Below, in pieces: positions 8,076-18,978 of a DNA stretch of 64,000 nt. Every line of letters starts with the position of its first letter. The first letter of the stretch is position 1. The notes under the pieces were generated by a model, which saw only the letters and a program-made list of their open reading frames with translations, ran no database searches and was not told where the DNA came from. The translations under genes were made by a program, and so were the position numbers. Source of the stretch: an uncultured Gemmatimonadales bacterium (GTDB taxonomy: Bacteria > Gemmatimonadota > Gemmatimonadetes > Longimicrobiales > RSA9); the NCBI GenBank assembly GCA_963798845.1, contig CAWCUS010000006.1:1184001-1248000 (forward strand), read 5' to 3'.

Positions 8076-11000
8076 GTGAAGAAGTTCCTGCCCCTCATCG
8101 TGCTCCTCGCCGTGGGCCGAGCCCACGCGCAGGTGCCCGTGCGTCCGCGATCCGGCCTCGTGCTCACGCCCGCCGAGCTCCTCGCCCCCGCCACGACCGG
8201 CGGGCTCCGCCTCGGGCTGGCCCCGCTACCGGCCGATCTCCGGCATCGTCTGCGCCTCCCGGGCGCCGGGCCGGGGTCACTGCGCTCCGCGTGGTACCCG
8301 GCTCCGCCCGTTCCGGTCGCGCCGGTGCCGACACCGCGCCGGCTTCCGGCAGTGCCGCCGTCGGTCCGGGTGGCCGGCGCCGCGCCGGAGTCCGCGGGCC
8401 CAGGCGCGGCGCCCGCGCCCGGGGACACCTCGGGCGGCGGGCGGTTCAGCGAGAGCCAGGTCGCACGGGCGGTGCAGGACGCGGCGGACCTGCAGCTGCG
8501 GGTGGAGGGTCGGGGCGACCTGGGCGGCGTGTGGAACGAGTACCGTCCATGCGAGCCGGGGTTGCGGCTCAACTGCAGCCCGGGCCTGCTCCCGCAGCTG
8601 CGCCCCGATGTGCAGTTCGGCGTGCAGGTGGGCGGCACGATCACGGACCGGATCCACGTCGACGTGGACTACGACCAGCGCCGCGAGTTCGACGCCGCGA
8701 ACAACATCAGCGTCTACTACCAGGGGGAGCCGGGCGAGCTGCTGCAGCGCGTGGAGATGGGCGACGTGTCGATCGACCTGCCGGCGTCGCGCTACCTGAC
8801 GCAGGGGATCCCGGCCGGCAACTTCGGCTTCAAGGCGGCGGCGCAGGTGGGGCCCGCGAAGGTGGAGGCGCTGTGGGCTCAGCAGAAGGGCGACGTCGCC
8901 ACGCGCGAGTTCCGGCTCGGCGGCGACGGCGCGGAAGGGCTGGTGCAGGAGCAGGAGCTGGTGCTCGACGACGCCGACTACGTCACCGGGCAGTTCTTCT
9001 TCCTCGTCGACCCGTCCACCCTGGCGGGCGCCCCGAACGTGGACGTGCTCGCGCTGCGGGCGGCGGATGCGCCGGCGTCGGTGCGTCCGGCGCGCGGGCG
9101 GCTCGCCGTGTACCGGGATGAGGGCGCGAGCTTCGCCCAGTACGCGGACCAGGCGAAGACGGGGAAGTTCCTGGCGGACGCCGTGTCCGCGGATGGCACG
9201 CTGCGCCACAGCGGCCTGTTCACGCTGCTCGAGCCGGGGAAGGACTACTACGTCCATTCGAGCGGGCTGTGGATCGCACTGCGCGCGCCGCTGCGCGACG
9301 ACGAATCGCTGGCCGTGGTGTACGTGACGGATTCCGGCCAGCCGGTGGGCGACCCGTCTCCGGAAACCTCGCCGCCGGGGGAGACGCCGGACCTGCGGCT
9401 CATCCGCGGGCCGGTCACGGTGCACCAGCCGGGGCAGCCCACGTGGGCGTACGAGAATGCACCAGGTCTACAGGCTGGACAGCTCGGCGGAAGTGGAGAC
9501 GTCGTCGCTGGCGCTGACGATCTCGCTCGGACACCTGGCGGGCGGCGTCACGTTCAAGCGCCGCGGCGAGGACCGCATCCCCTTCCTGCGGCTGTTCGGC
9601 CTGGACGACGATGCCCCGGCCGACGTCCTCGACCTGGCCCACCTCTTCCGGCCGGGCTCGGAGCTGGAGACGGTGGGCGAGGCTGCGCTCCGGGGCACGT
9701 TCGTCGTGTTCCCCACGCTGGAGCCGTTCGCTCGCCCGCCGCCCGTGCCGTCGGAAGGGCTGAGCGCGGCCGAGGCGGCGGCGGTCCTGGGCGACGACGC
9801 GAACCCCGCGATCTACGACCAGCCGGACCCGGTGGTGCGGCGAGGCAGCAGCCGGTTCCGGCTGAACTTCCGCTACCGGGTCGAGCTCGAGGGGCTGTTG
9901 AGCAGCTTCAATCTCGGCGCGTTCGGGATCCGGCAGGGGAGCGAGCGGATCACGGTGGACGACCGTCTCCTCGTGCGCGGGCAGGACTACGTCATCGACT
10001 ACGACCTGGGGCTGGTCACGCTGCTCGACCCGGGCGCCACGCTGGGCGGCAATCCGGACGCGGTCATCCTGGCCAGCTGGGAGCAGAAGGCGCTCTTCGA
10101 CGTGGCGCCCACCAGCGTGTTCGGGCTGAACGCCAGCTCCCCGCTCGGCCGGTACGGGGAGCTCAACGTCGTGGGGCTGTACCAGGCCGAGCAGGCCATC
10201 GTCGCGCGCCCCCAGCTGGGGACCGCGCCCGGCGCCGTCCTGCTCGGCGGCGCGAGCGGACGAATGGCGTTCCAGGCCGACTGGCTCGCCCGGGCGCTCG
10301 CGGCCGTCCCGGGCCTGGACGCCGACTCGACCGCCCGCCTGGACGTCTCGGGGGAGCTGGCGCTCTCCTCCCCCGACCCGAACCGGGAGGGCGCGACGTA
10401 CCTGGACGATTTCGAGTCGACCGACGAGATCCCGCTCTCCCTCGATGCCACGCAGTGGAAGCTGGGGAGCGCGCCCCAGGACGCCACGGCGGTCCCGGAG
10501 CTGCCGTGGCCACCCACGGTGGCGAACGCCGCGTCCCTCGTGTGGCAGGACCGCTACCTGGCCGACGACCGGGAAGTGGGGTTCCTCACGCCCGACCGCA
10601 TCGACGAGAAGATCGCGCTGGCTGGCGCACGACTCTCGGAGCCGGTGCTGCACCTCACGATGCGCAGCAGTCCCACGACCACGGCCCCGCTCCCGCACTG
10701 GCGCTCCATCACCACCGTTCTGAGCATCACCGGCCGCGACCTCTCCCGCTCGGAATACCTGGAGTTCTACGCGGCGCCGTACACCGCCAGCATGGGCAAT
10801 GCGGTGCTGGTCGTGGACCTGGGGACGGTGGGCGAGGACGCGTTCTACTTCGACAGCGCGGGCGTCCGCCAGGGGACCGGCACGTTCGGGCGGCCGTGGG
10901 GGCAGGGGGTGCTGGACGAGGAGGCGTCGCTGGCGCTCCGGGACGTGTGGGGCCCGGACGACGACCGCCTCGGCCTGTGGAACCAGTCGTGCGAGGCCGA

Positions 11001-14000
11001 GCGGCTGAAGCCGGTCCCGCTCGGCGATCCGCGCGCCAACTGCACGGTGAACAACGGCCGGCCCGACACCGAGGACCTCAACGGGAACGGCGTGCTGGAC
11101 GCCAGCGACGGGCCCCTGTTCCGCTACGTCATACGGCTCGGGAAGGCATCGCCGTACCTGGTCCGCGACGAGTCGGCCACGGGAACCCAGTTCCGCCTTT
11201 ACCGCATCCCGCTGCGCGGCGGGAACGGCTCGGCGCTGAACGGCGCGAGCGAAGCCACGTGGCGCTTCATCCAGCAGATGCGAATCACGGTGGTGAAGAG
11301 CTCGGGCGGCGTCGGCACGCTCGCCCTCGCCCGCCTGCGCATCGCCGGTTCACGCTGGACCAAGCGCGACATCCAGGGGATCCTGGCCGGGCTGGTGGAC
11401 GACGCGACCGGCAGCGGCGCGGCGACCACGGAGTTCCGGGTCGGGTCGGTGAGCCGGCTGACGGACGGGGCGGCGTACGCGTCGCCGCCGGGAGTGGAGG
11501 ACCAGCTGCAGGACCCGAAGTCGGTGCTGGGCGCGAACGGTGTGGAGTACAACGAGAAGTCGCTGCGCCTCAGCTGGGACGGGCTGCCGGCGGGTGAGCG
11601 CGCGGAAGTGTACTACCGTTACCCTCAGCAGCCGCGCAGCTTCCTCGACTATCGCAAGCTTCGATTCTGGGCCGTGCCGCGCTCCGGGCACTGGGGTTCG
11701 GAAGGCGACGACCGGCTGCTGGTGAAGCTCGGCACCGACTCCCGCAACTACTACCTGTACCAGACGCGGCTGCGACCCGTGGCCGTGGGCGGCGGCGTCG
11801 CGCCGGGCGACTGGCTCCCCGAGCACGTGGTGGACTTCGCCGAATGGTTCGACCTGAAGGCGGAAGCGGAGCGGCGGCTGGCGGAGGAGGGCGGGCCGCT
11901 CACGGTGTGGAGCGAGGACAGCACGTACGCCGTGGTCCTCGAGGACCGGGCGCGGGCGCCGAACCTGGCTGCGGTGAGGGAGCTGACGTTCGCCGTGTAC
12001 AACGGCGGCGACGTGGCCTCGGACGGTGAGGTGTGGCTGGACGACCTGCGCCTGGACGCGGCGGCGAGGGCCACGGGGATGGCGGGCCGGCTGGACGTGG
12101 GGCTGGAGGCGGGCGGCTTCCTGTCGGCGGCGCTGTCGTACGGCGGGCGGGGGGGCCGCTTCCGCCAGCTGGACGACGTCGCCCCGTACGAGACCAGCGG
12201 CGACCTGCGCCTCTCCGCGAGCGCGGAGCTGGGTCGCTTCGCCCCCGCCGCGTGGGGGGTGTCCATGCCCGTGACCGTGACGTACGACCGCATGAGCCTC
12301 TCCCCCATCTTCCTCCAGGGGACCGACGTGCGCGCCGACCGCCTGCCGGGGCTGCGCGACACGGGGACTTCCCACCAGCGCGTGGGGATCGCGCTGCGCA
12401 AGACCACGCCGTCCGGGAACCCGCTCCTGTCGGCGGTGATGGATGGGACATCGCTCCGGCTGGGCTACAGCCGCCTGCGGGAGAACACCGTCACCACCCA
12501 GGCCCGGCTCGACGCCGTGGACGGCGGCGTGGACGTGGACCGGGCGGTGGCGCCGGTCGAGCTGGACATCGTCCCCTCCATCCTCGAGCGCGCGCTGCGC
12601 TGGCTCGCCCCGCGCGCCGTGGAGCGGAGCGAGTTCTTCCGCAGGCTGTCGGACGCCCACCTCCGCCTCACGCCCGAGCGCATCGGGCTGTCCGGCTCGT
12701 TCACCGGGGAGAACGCGTCCGTCCGCCGCTTCGACCAGGTGCTGGAGACCCCCGGCGACGCCGACGTGGAGCCGCTCCTCTCCCCCCGCCGCACGCTGGA
12801 GGGCGGCGCGCGCGTGGCGTTCCGGCCGCTGGAGTCGCTGTCCGGCCACATCGGCGTGACGTCGGGGCGCGACATCCTCGACCCGACGCGGGCGACGCCC
12901 GTGGCCGCGCAGCAGGAGGCGCTCCGGCGCGCGCGCACCGACCTGGGCGGCTTCTCCCTGGGGTGGGAGCGCGACCGGCTGGTGACCTCCGACCTGGCCT
13001 GGCGCCCCGTCATCGCCGACTGGCTCCGCCCCGGCGTCACGTGGACGAGCCAGTTCGCGCAGCGCCGCGAGCCGTCCCAGATCGAGCGGGTGGACGGCCC
13101 GGACGGGAGCGTGGCGGAGCTCCAGCGCACGTTCAACACCGACCGCCGCCTCAGCCGCACGCTCGCGGTCGACCCCGCCGGGGCCCTGGGCGCCCTGCTC
13201 GGCGGAGGCGGAGCGGCGGCCGGGGCGCCCGACTCCGCCGCCGGCGCGCCGGCGCACGGCCGCGTCGCCCGGCTGCTCCTGTCCGCGGCTTCCGTGCTCC
13301 AGCCGGTGGACCTGGCGTGGACGGACGAGGTCGGCTCGCGCTTCGACCGGGGGCTGGCCGCCCCCGGCTGGGGGTACCAGGTGGGGCTGCGCGCGCTCGA
13401 CGGCGTGCGGTTCCTCGGCCAGGACACCGCCGCGACCGCGCTCGTGAGCGACGGGTTCCGGGCGCGCTCCGGGCTGCGGCTGACCCGCGCCGCCACCGTC
13501 AACGTGGGGTACAGCCGGACCATCGCCCGCGTCTACGACGTACGGGTGGGGCCGCGGGACCAGCTCGAGCGAGCGTGGCCGGACGTCCAGCTGAGCCTGC
13601 GCGAGCTGCCGGTGCCGGCGCAGCTCGGGGCGCTGCTGGACGGATGGTCGTTCTCCACGGGGTACGCCCACACCGTGCGGGAGCTCCGCCTCCTCGGCGC
13701 CGTGACGCGCGTCAACCGGATGGGCGAGCGGACCATCCCCGTGGAAGTGCGCCTGTCGTTCGCGGGTGGGCTGTCCCTGGCCTACATTGCCTCGCGCACG
13801 CGCGGGAACGGCGTCGACCCGGCCGGCACCACGACCGAGCACGCGCAGACCCACTCGGTGGACCTGAGCGGCCGCTTCACGCCCCCGCTCATCCTGTCGG
13901 CGCGCGGTCTCACGGAGCCGATGCGGCTCTCGCTCGGGTACGACTACCAGGGCCAGCGCGAGTGCCGGACGGAGGGCAACCGCGTGGCCGCCGAGTGTAC

Positions 14001-14184
14001 CGATTTCGTGGACTACCTCAACCGGCGGCTGAACGTGTCGCTGTCCACGCTCGTGCGACAGCTCGAGGTGGGGCTCCAGGGGAGCTACGTGGACCGCCGC
14101 AGCTTCATCGGGACCATGGCGGGCTCGAGCCAGTTCCAGCTGGGGTTGTTCGGGCAGTTCAGCCTCCAGGCGGGCGTGCTGTAG
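8076..14184 (+). CDS. sprA: SprA-like large outer-membrane protein (~2000 aa); +1 frameshift near 9455
   Basis: Signal peptide; 'GTITDRIHVDVDYD..FDAANNI..Y.GEPGE.LQRVEMGDVS', 'GSERITVD..L.RGQDYVIDYD.G', 'YLDDFE', 'DTEDLNGNG.LD' are SprA-type motifs; beta-rich C-terminus. Start position approximate. Confidence 0.75.
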
Positions 14185-14209
14185 CGGCCGGGACGGGCGC
14201 GGGGCGCCG

Positions 14210-14259
14210 CTTCGCCGGCGACTTCGGGCTTCGCCGGGGCTTCGGGCTTCGCCGGCGAC
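14210..14259 (+). repeat. Short tandem repeat (~18-19 nt x 2.7)
   Basis: CTTCGCCGGCGACTTCGGG / CTTCGCCGGGGCTTCGGG / CTTCGCCGGCGAC. Confidence 0.7.
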
Positions 14260-14305
14260 ACCTTGACGGGAGGGAACGTTGAACGGATCCGGGGGTGGGG
14301 GACAA

Positions 14306-15259
14306 ATGGCTTGGCAGGCGCTCGCGCTCGCTGCGCTCGCGCTCGCGGGCGGATGCTCGGATGGCAGGGGGGCGGAACAGGACGTGGGCTCGTCGGAGCG
14401 GATCACGACGGAGAAGCGGGTGGCGCCGGCGTTCGATCGGGACTCGGCCATGACGCTGCTGCGTCGCCAGGTGGAGTTCGGGCCGCGGGTGCCGGGGACG
14501 GAGGGACACGAGCGGCAGCTGGCGTGGATGGAGGCGTTCCTGCGCGAGCGTGCGGACACGGTCGTGGCGCAGGCGTTCACGCACGCCGGGCCGTCCGGTG
14601 AAACGCTCCACCTCACCAACGTGTTCGCGCGATTCCGCCCTGACGAGCCGACGCGCGTGCTGCTCCTGACGCACTGGGACACGCGTCCCACGGCCGACAA
14701 CGCCGAGGACCCGGCGGACCGCGACAGGCCGATCCCGGGCGCCAACGACGGCGCCAGCGGGACGGCCGTCCTGATGGAGCTTGCGAACGTCCTTTCCAGC
14801 CATTCGCCCCCGATCGGCGTGGACCTACTCTTCGTGGACGGAGAGGACTATGCGCCGGACTACATGTACCTGGGGGCCGAGTACTTCGCCGCGCACCTGG
14901 CGCCCGGCTACGAGCCGCTCTACGGCGTGCTGGTGGACATGGTGGGGGACCAGAACCCCCTCTATCCGCCCGAGCAGTACTCGCAGCAGTACGCGCCGGA
15001 AGTGGTGGACCGGGTCTGGCGGATGGCGGAGCGCCTGGGCTTCGGCGCCTACTTCCCCGGCACCCCGGGGATGGCCATCGGCGACGACCACCTCAAGCTC
15101 ATCGAGGCCGGGATCCACACGATCGACATCATCGACTTCGAGTACGGCCCCGGGAACGTGTACTGGCACACGCTCCAGGACGACCTCGATCACGTCGCGC
15201 CCACGGGGCTGGGCGTGGTCGGCACCACGCTCGCCGAGCTCATCTACCGCGGCGGGTAG
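14306..15259 (+). CDS. M28-family zinc lipoprotein, glutaminyl cyclase-like
   Basis: Lipobox 'LAGGC'; 'HWDTRP.AD', 'GANDGASG', 'DGEDY', 'DMVGD', 'DDH', 'YWHT'. Confidence 0.8.
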   Translation: MAWQALALAALALAGGCSDGRGAEQDVGSSERITTEKRVAPAFDRDSAMTLLRRQVEFGPRVPGTEGHERQLAWMEAFLRERADTVVAQAFTHAGPSGETLHLTNVFARFRPDEPTRVLLLTHWDTRPTADNAEDPADRDRPIPGANDGASGTAVLMELANVLSSHSPPIGVDLLFVDGEDYAPDYMYLGAEYFAAHLAPGYEPLYGVLVDMVGDQNPLYPPEQYSQQYAPEVVDRVWRMAERLGFGAYFPGTPGMAIGDDHLKLIEAGIHTIDIIDFEYGPGNVYWHTLQDDLDHVAPTGLGVVGTTLAELIYRGG

Positions 15260-15313
15260 GCCGCGCCGCGCCTCCCGCGGCCGCGCCCTCCGCGCGCAGG
15301 CGGGGACGGCGCC

Positions 15314-15979
15314 GTGAAGCTGACCCGCGACGAGGAGCGGGCCATGGCGTTCGTCGCCGCGCTCCTCTTCCTCTCCGCCGCGGTCCGCCTGGCGACGCTC
15401 CCCGATGCCGTCCCCGCGCCGCCCAACGCCCTGGACCTCGCAGCGCACCTGGCCGCCAGCGAGGCCGCGCTCGACAGCGCGCGCGAGGCGGACCGGCCGC
15501 TCGGCCCCGGCGAGCGCCTCGACCTCAACCGCGCTTCCGCTTCCGATTTCACCCGCCTCCCCCGCGTCGGCGACGCCCTCGCCCGCCGCATGGTCGAGAA
15601 CCGCGAGCGCGACGGTCCGTTCCGGTCCGTGGACGACCTCGCCCGCGTGAGCGGCGTCGGCCCGGCCACCGTGGCCCGCCTCGCCCCGCACCTGGAAGTG
15701 ACGGGAGTGCCGCGAGCGGCGGTCGCACCGCGCGGGGCGGCGGCGGCGCGCAGGATCCCGGGCCCGGACGAGGTGGCGCGACCGGACCGCGTCGACATCA
15801 ACACCGCCAGCGCCGAGGATCTCGCCGCGCTCCCCGGCATCGGACCGGCGATCGCCGCCCGGATCGTGGCGCACCGCGACTCCGCGGGACCGTGGCCGGC
15901 GGTGGATTCGCTTCTGGCGGTGAAGGGGATCGGGCCCGCGACGCTGGCGCGGCTCCGGCGTCGCCTGCGGGTGAACTGA
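15314..15979 (+). CDS. comEA: ComEA-like DNA-binding protein with two helix-hairpin-helix domains
   Basis: 'LDLNRAS..LPRVG..GPFRSVDDL..VSGVGP' and 'VDINTAS..LPGIGP..VKGIGP'; N-terminal TM segment. Confidence 0.85.
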   Translation: MKLTRDEERAMAFVAALLFLSAAVRLATLPDAVPAPPNALDLAAHLAASEAALDSAREADRPLGPGERLDLNRASASDFTRLPRVGDALARRMVENRERDGPFRSVDDLARVSGVGPATVARLAPHLEVTGVPRAAVAPRGAAAARRIPGPDEVARPDRVDINTASAEDLAALPGIGPAIAARIVAHRDSAGPWPAVDSLLAVKGIGPATLARLRRRLRVN

Positions 15980-16110
15980 CCGGCGGGAGCGGGAAAGTGG
16001 AAATGCGCGGATGACAAAGGCTTGACCCGCCGGGGCATGAGGATCTAGCTTTACTGACCTCCCCAGGGCCTTCGGCCATCCACGCACGCATCACAACTCG
16101 AAATCGCGCC

Positions 16111-17826
16111 ATGGCGACGCAGACGAGCACAGCTGACCGGCTGGGCACCATTCTGCTCAGGGAAGGGCTCATCTCCCAGGACCAGCTGGAAGGCGGGCTC
16201 CAGGATTCGCGCACCAACGGGACGCGCCTGGGCTTCTCCCTGATCAAGCTGGGGTTCCTCGAGGAGGAGGCGCTGGCGCGCATGCTCAGCCGCCAGTACC
16301 GGGTGCCGGCCGTGGACATGAACAAGGTCCAGGTCGATGCCCGGATCCTGAAGCTGGTTCCGGCGGACATCGCCCACAAGCACCTCGTCCTCCCGCTCCG
16401 CCGCGCGGGGCGCACGCTGACCGTGGCCATGGCCAACCCCGCCGACCCGGGGACGCTGGACCAGCTGCGCTTCGTCACCCGCCACGACATCGAGCCGGTG
16501 GTGGCGGGCGAGTTCACGCTCAAGCGCCACATCGACACCTACTACGGCAAGCAGGAGGATGACGCGCTGGCGGAGATCCTCGGCGAGATCGACGACGAGG
16601 GCGTCGAGGTCATCGACGAGACGGAAGACGAGGTCAGCGAGGCCGCGCTCAAGGCGCAGGTGGAGGACGCCCCGGTCGTCAAGCTGATCAACGGCATCCT
16701 CACCGACGCGGTGCTCAAGGGCGTGAGCGACGTCCACATCGAGCCGTACGAGAAGGAGATCCGGATCCGATACCGGATCGACGGCGCGCTCCGCGAGATC
16801 ATGAAGCCGCCCATGCGCATGAAGGCGGCGCTCACCTCCCGCGTGAAGATCCTGGCCGACCTGAACATCGCCGAGCGCCGTATCCCGCAGGACGGACGGA
16901 TCAAGCTGAAGGTGAAGAACAAGGTGGTGGATTTCCGCGTGTCCACGCTGCCCGTGATCTTCGGCGAGAAGATCGTGCTGCGCATCCTGGACAAGGGGAA
17001 CCTCACCCTGGACCTGGAGAAGTTCGGCTTCGAGCCGAAGGCCGAGAAGGAGTTCATGCACGCCATCATGCAGCCGTACGGCATGGTGCTCGTGACCGGC
17101 CCCACCGGCTCCGGGAAGACCACGACGCTCTACTCCGCCCTGTCCAAGGTCAACGACGAGCAGGTCAACATCATGACCGCGGAGGACCCGGTGGAGTACA
17201 ACCTCCACGGGATCAACCAGGTTCAGGTCCGCAACGAGATCGGGATGACGTTCGCCGCGGCGCTGAGGGCGTTCCTGCGCCAGGACCCGAACATCATCAT
17301 GGTGGGTGAGATCCGCGACATCGAGACGGGCGGCATCGCCATCAAGGCCGCCCTCACCGGCCACCTCGTGCTTTCCACGCTGCACACGAACGACGCCCCG
17401 TCCACCATCACCCGCATGATCGACATGGGGCTCGAGCCGTTCAACGTGGCCGCCGCCTTCAACGTCATCACCGCCCAGCGCCTGGTGCGTCGGATCTGCG
17501 TGAACTGCAAGGCGGAGACGCACTACAGCGACGAGTACCTGGCGGCCGCGCGCGTCCCTTACGACCAGCGGGGCATGACCTTCTACAAGGGCGAGGGGTG
17601 CGACGCGTGCGCCGGCACCGGCTACAAGGGACGGCAGGGACTGTACGAGGTCATGGCCGCCACGGCCGAGCTGCGCAAGCTCATCATGCAGAGCGCCAGC
17701 GTGGACGAGCTCCGCCAGCAGGCGCTCGATGACGGCATGCTCACGCTCCGCATGGACGGCATGCGAAAGGTGGAGCGCGGGATCACCACGCTCGAGGAAG
17801 TCATCAAGGAGACATCCGGTCAATGA
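16111..17826 (+). CDS. pilB: Type IV pilus assembly ATPase
   Basis: MshEN-like N-terminus, 'GPTGSGKTTTLY', 'FLRQDPNIIMVGEIRD', Cys4 Zn motif. Confidence 0.95.
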   Translation: MATQTSTADRLGTILLREGLISQDQLEGGLQDSRTNGTRLGFSLIKLGFLEEEALARMLSRQYRVPAVDMNKVQVDARILKLVPADIAHKHLVLPLRRAGRTLTVAMANPADPGTLDQLRFVTRHDIEPVVAGEFTLKRHIDTYYGKQEDDALAEILGEIDDEGVEVIDETEDEVSEAALKAQVEDAPVVKLINGILTDAVLKGVSDVHIEPYEKEIRIRYRIDGALREIMKPPMRMKAALTSRVKILADLNIAERRIPQDGRIKLKVKNKVVDFRVSTLPVIFGEKIVLRILDKGNLTLDLEKFGFEPKAEKEFMHAIMQPYGMVLVTGPTGSGKTTTLYSALSKVNDEQVNIMTAEDPVEYNLHGINQVQVRNEIGMTFAAALRAFLRQDPNIIMVGEIRDIETGGIAIKAALTGHLVLSTLHTNDAPSTITRMIDMGLEPFNVAAAFNVITAQRLVRRICVNCKAETHYSDEYLAAARVPYDQRGMTFYKGEGCDACAGTGYKGRQGLYEVMAATAELRKLIMQSASVDELRQQALDDGMLTLRMDGMRKVERGITTLEEVIKETSGQ

Positions 17827-18938
17827 CCACGCAGACGGCACCCCCGCAGCAGGGCAAGCAGCTGAACCTCAGGGCGCTGCTCGAGGAGATGATCGCCCGC
17901 AACGCGAGCGACCTCCACCTCACTGCCGGCCAGCAGCCGATGATCCGGGTGGACGGCGCCATCATCATGGCCAACAGCGCCACCAAGGAGCTGGACCCCA
18001 AGGACACGCTCAACCTGGCGTACTCCATCCTCACCGAGAACCAGAAGAAGCGCTTCGAGACCGAGGACGAGCTCGACTTCTCGTTCGGGATCCAGAACCT
18101 CTCGCGCTTCCGCGGCAACGTGTTCAAGCAGCGCGGCTGCGTCACCGTCGTGATCCGCGCGATCCCCTACGAGATCCTGACCTTCGACAAGCTCGGGCTG
18201 CCCCCGATCGTGGCCCGCTTCGCAGACCGACCCAAGGGGCTCGTCCTGGTCACCGGCCCCACCGGGTCCGGAAAGTCCACCACGCTCGCCGCCATGATCG
18301 ACAAGATCAACCGCGAGGAGCCCGGGCACATCCTCACCGTCGAGGATCCGATCGAGTTCGTGCACCGGCACAAGAAGTCCATCGTCAACCAGCGCGAGGT
18401 CGGCGCCGACACCGGCTCCTTCGCCAACGCGCTCAAGTACGCGCTCCGGCAGGACCCCGACGTGGTGCTCATCGGCGAGATGCGCGACCTGGAGACCATC
18501 TCCGCCGCGCTCACCATCGCCGAGACCGGACACCTCGCCCTGGCCACGCTGCACACCAACTCCGCGGCCGAGACCATCAACCGCATCATCGACGTCTTCC
18601 CCTCCAACCAGCAGAGCCAGGTGCGGGCCCAGCTCGCGTTCGTCCTGGAAGGCGTCATCACCCAGACCCTCGTCCCCCGCAAGGGCGGGAAGGGGCGCGT
18701 CGCCGCCCTCGAGATCATGGTGGCCACTCCCGCGATCCGCGCCACCATCCGCGACGACAAGATCCACCAGATCTACTCCATCATGCAGGCGGGGAAGAAG
18801 CACGGGATGCAGACCATGAGCGATTCCCTCGCCCAGCTCGTGATCGCAGGCGACGTCACCCGGGACGAAGCGCTGCGCCACTCCAGCGAGCCGAACGAGC
18901 TGCTCCGGCTCCTGGGCGAGCCCGTATCCACCGCGTGA
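17823..18938 (+). CDS. pilT: Type IV pilus retraction ATPase
   Basis: 'ASDLHL', 'GPTGSGKSTTLAAMID', 'AETGHL..TLHTNSA', 'AIRATIRD', 'GMQTM'. Confidence 0.95.
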   Translation: MTTQTAPPQQGKQLNLRALLEEMIARNASDLHLTAGQQPMIRVDGAIIMANSATKELDPKDTLNLAYSILTENQKKRFETEDELDFSFGIQNLSRFRGNVFKQRGCVTVVIRAIPYEILTFDKLGLPPIVARFADRPKGLVLVTGPTGSGKSTTLAAMIDKINREEPGHILTVEDPIEFVHRHKKSIVNQREVGADTGSFANALKYALRQDPDVVLIGEMRDLETISAALTIAETGHLALATLHTNSAAETINRIIDVFPSNQQSQVRAQLAFVLEGVITQTLVPRKGGKGRVAALEIMVATPAIRATIRDDKIHQIYSIMQAGKKHGMQTMSDSLAQLVIAGDVTRDEALRHSSEPNELLRLLGEPVSTA

Positions 18939-18978
18939 CCGCTCGCGCGGACAACACGACCAGAGAGGCAGCCTGACC

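Noticed and set aside
11350..14745. Long antisense or alternate-frame ORFs (e.g. 11350..14745, 33626..36670, 51392..53695)
   Set aside because: Shadow ORFs of real genes, expected in high-GC DNA; Arg/Pro/Gly-rich with no motifs.
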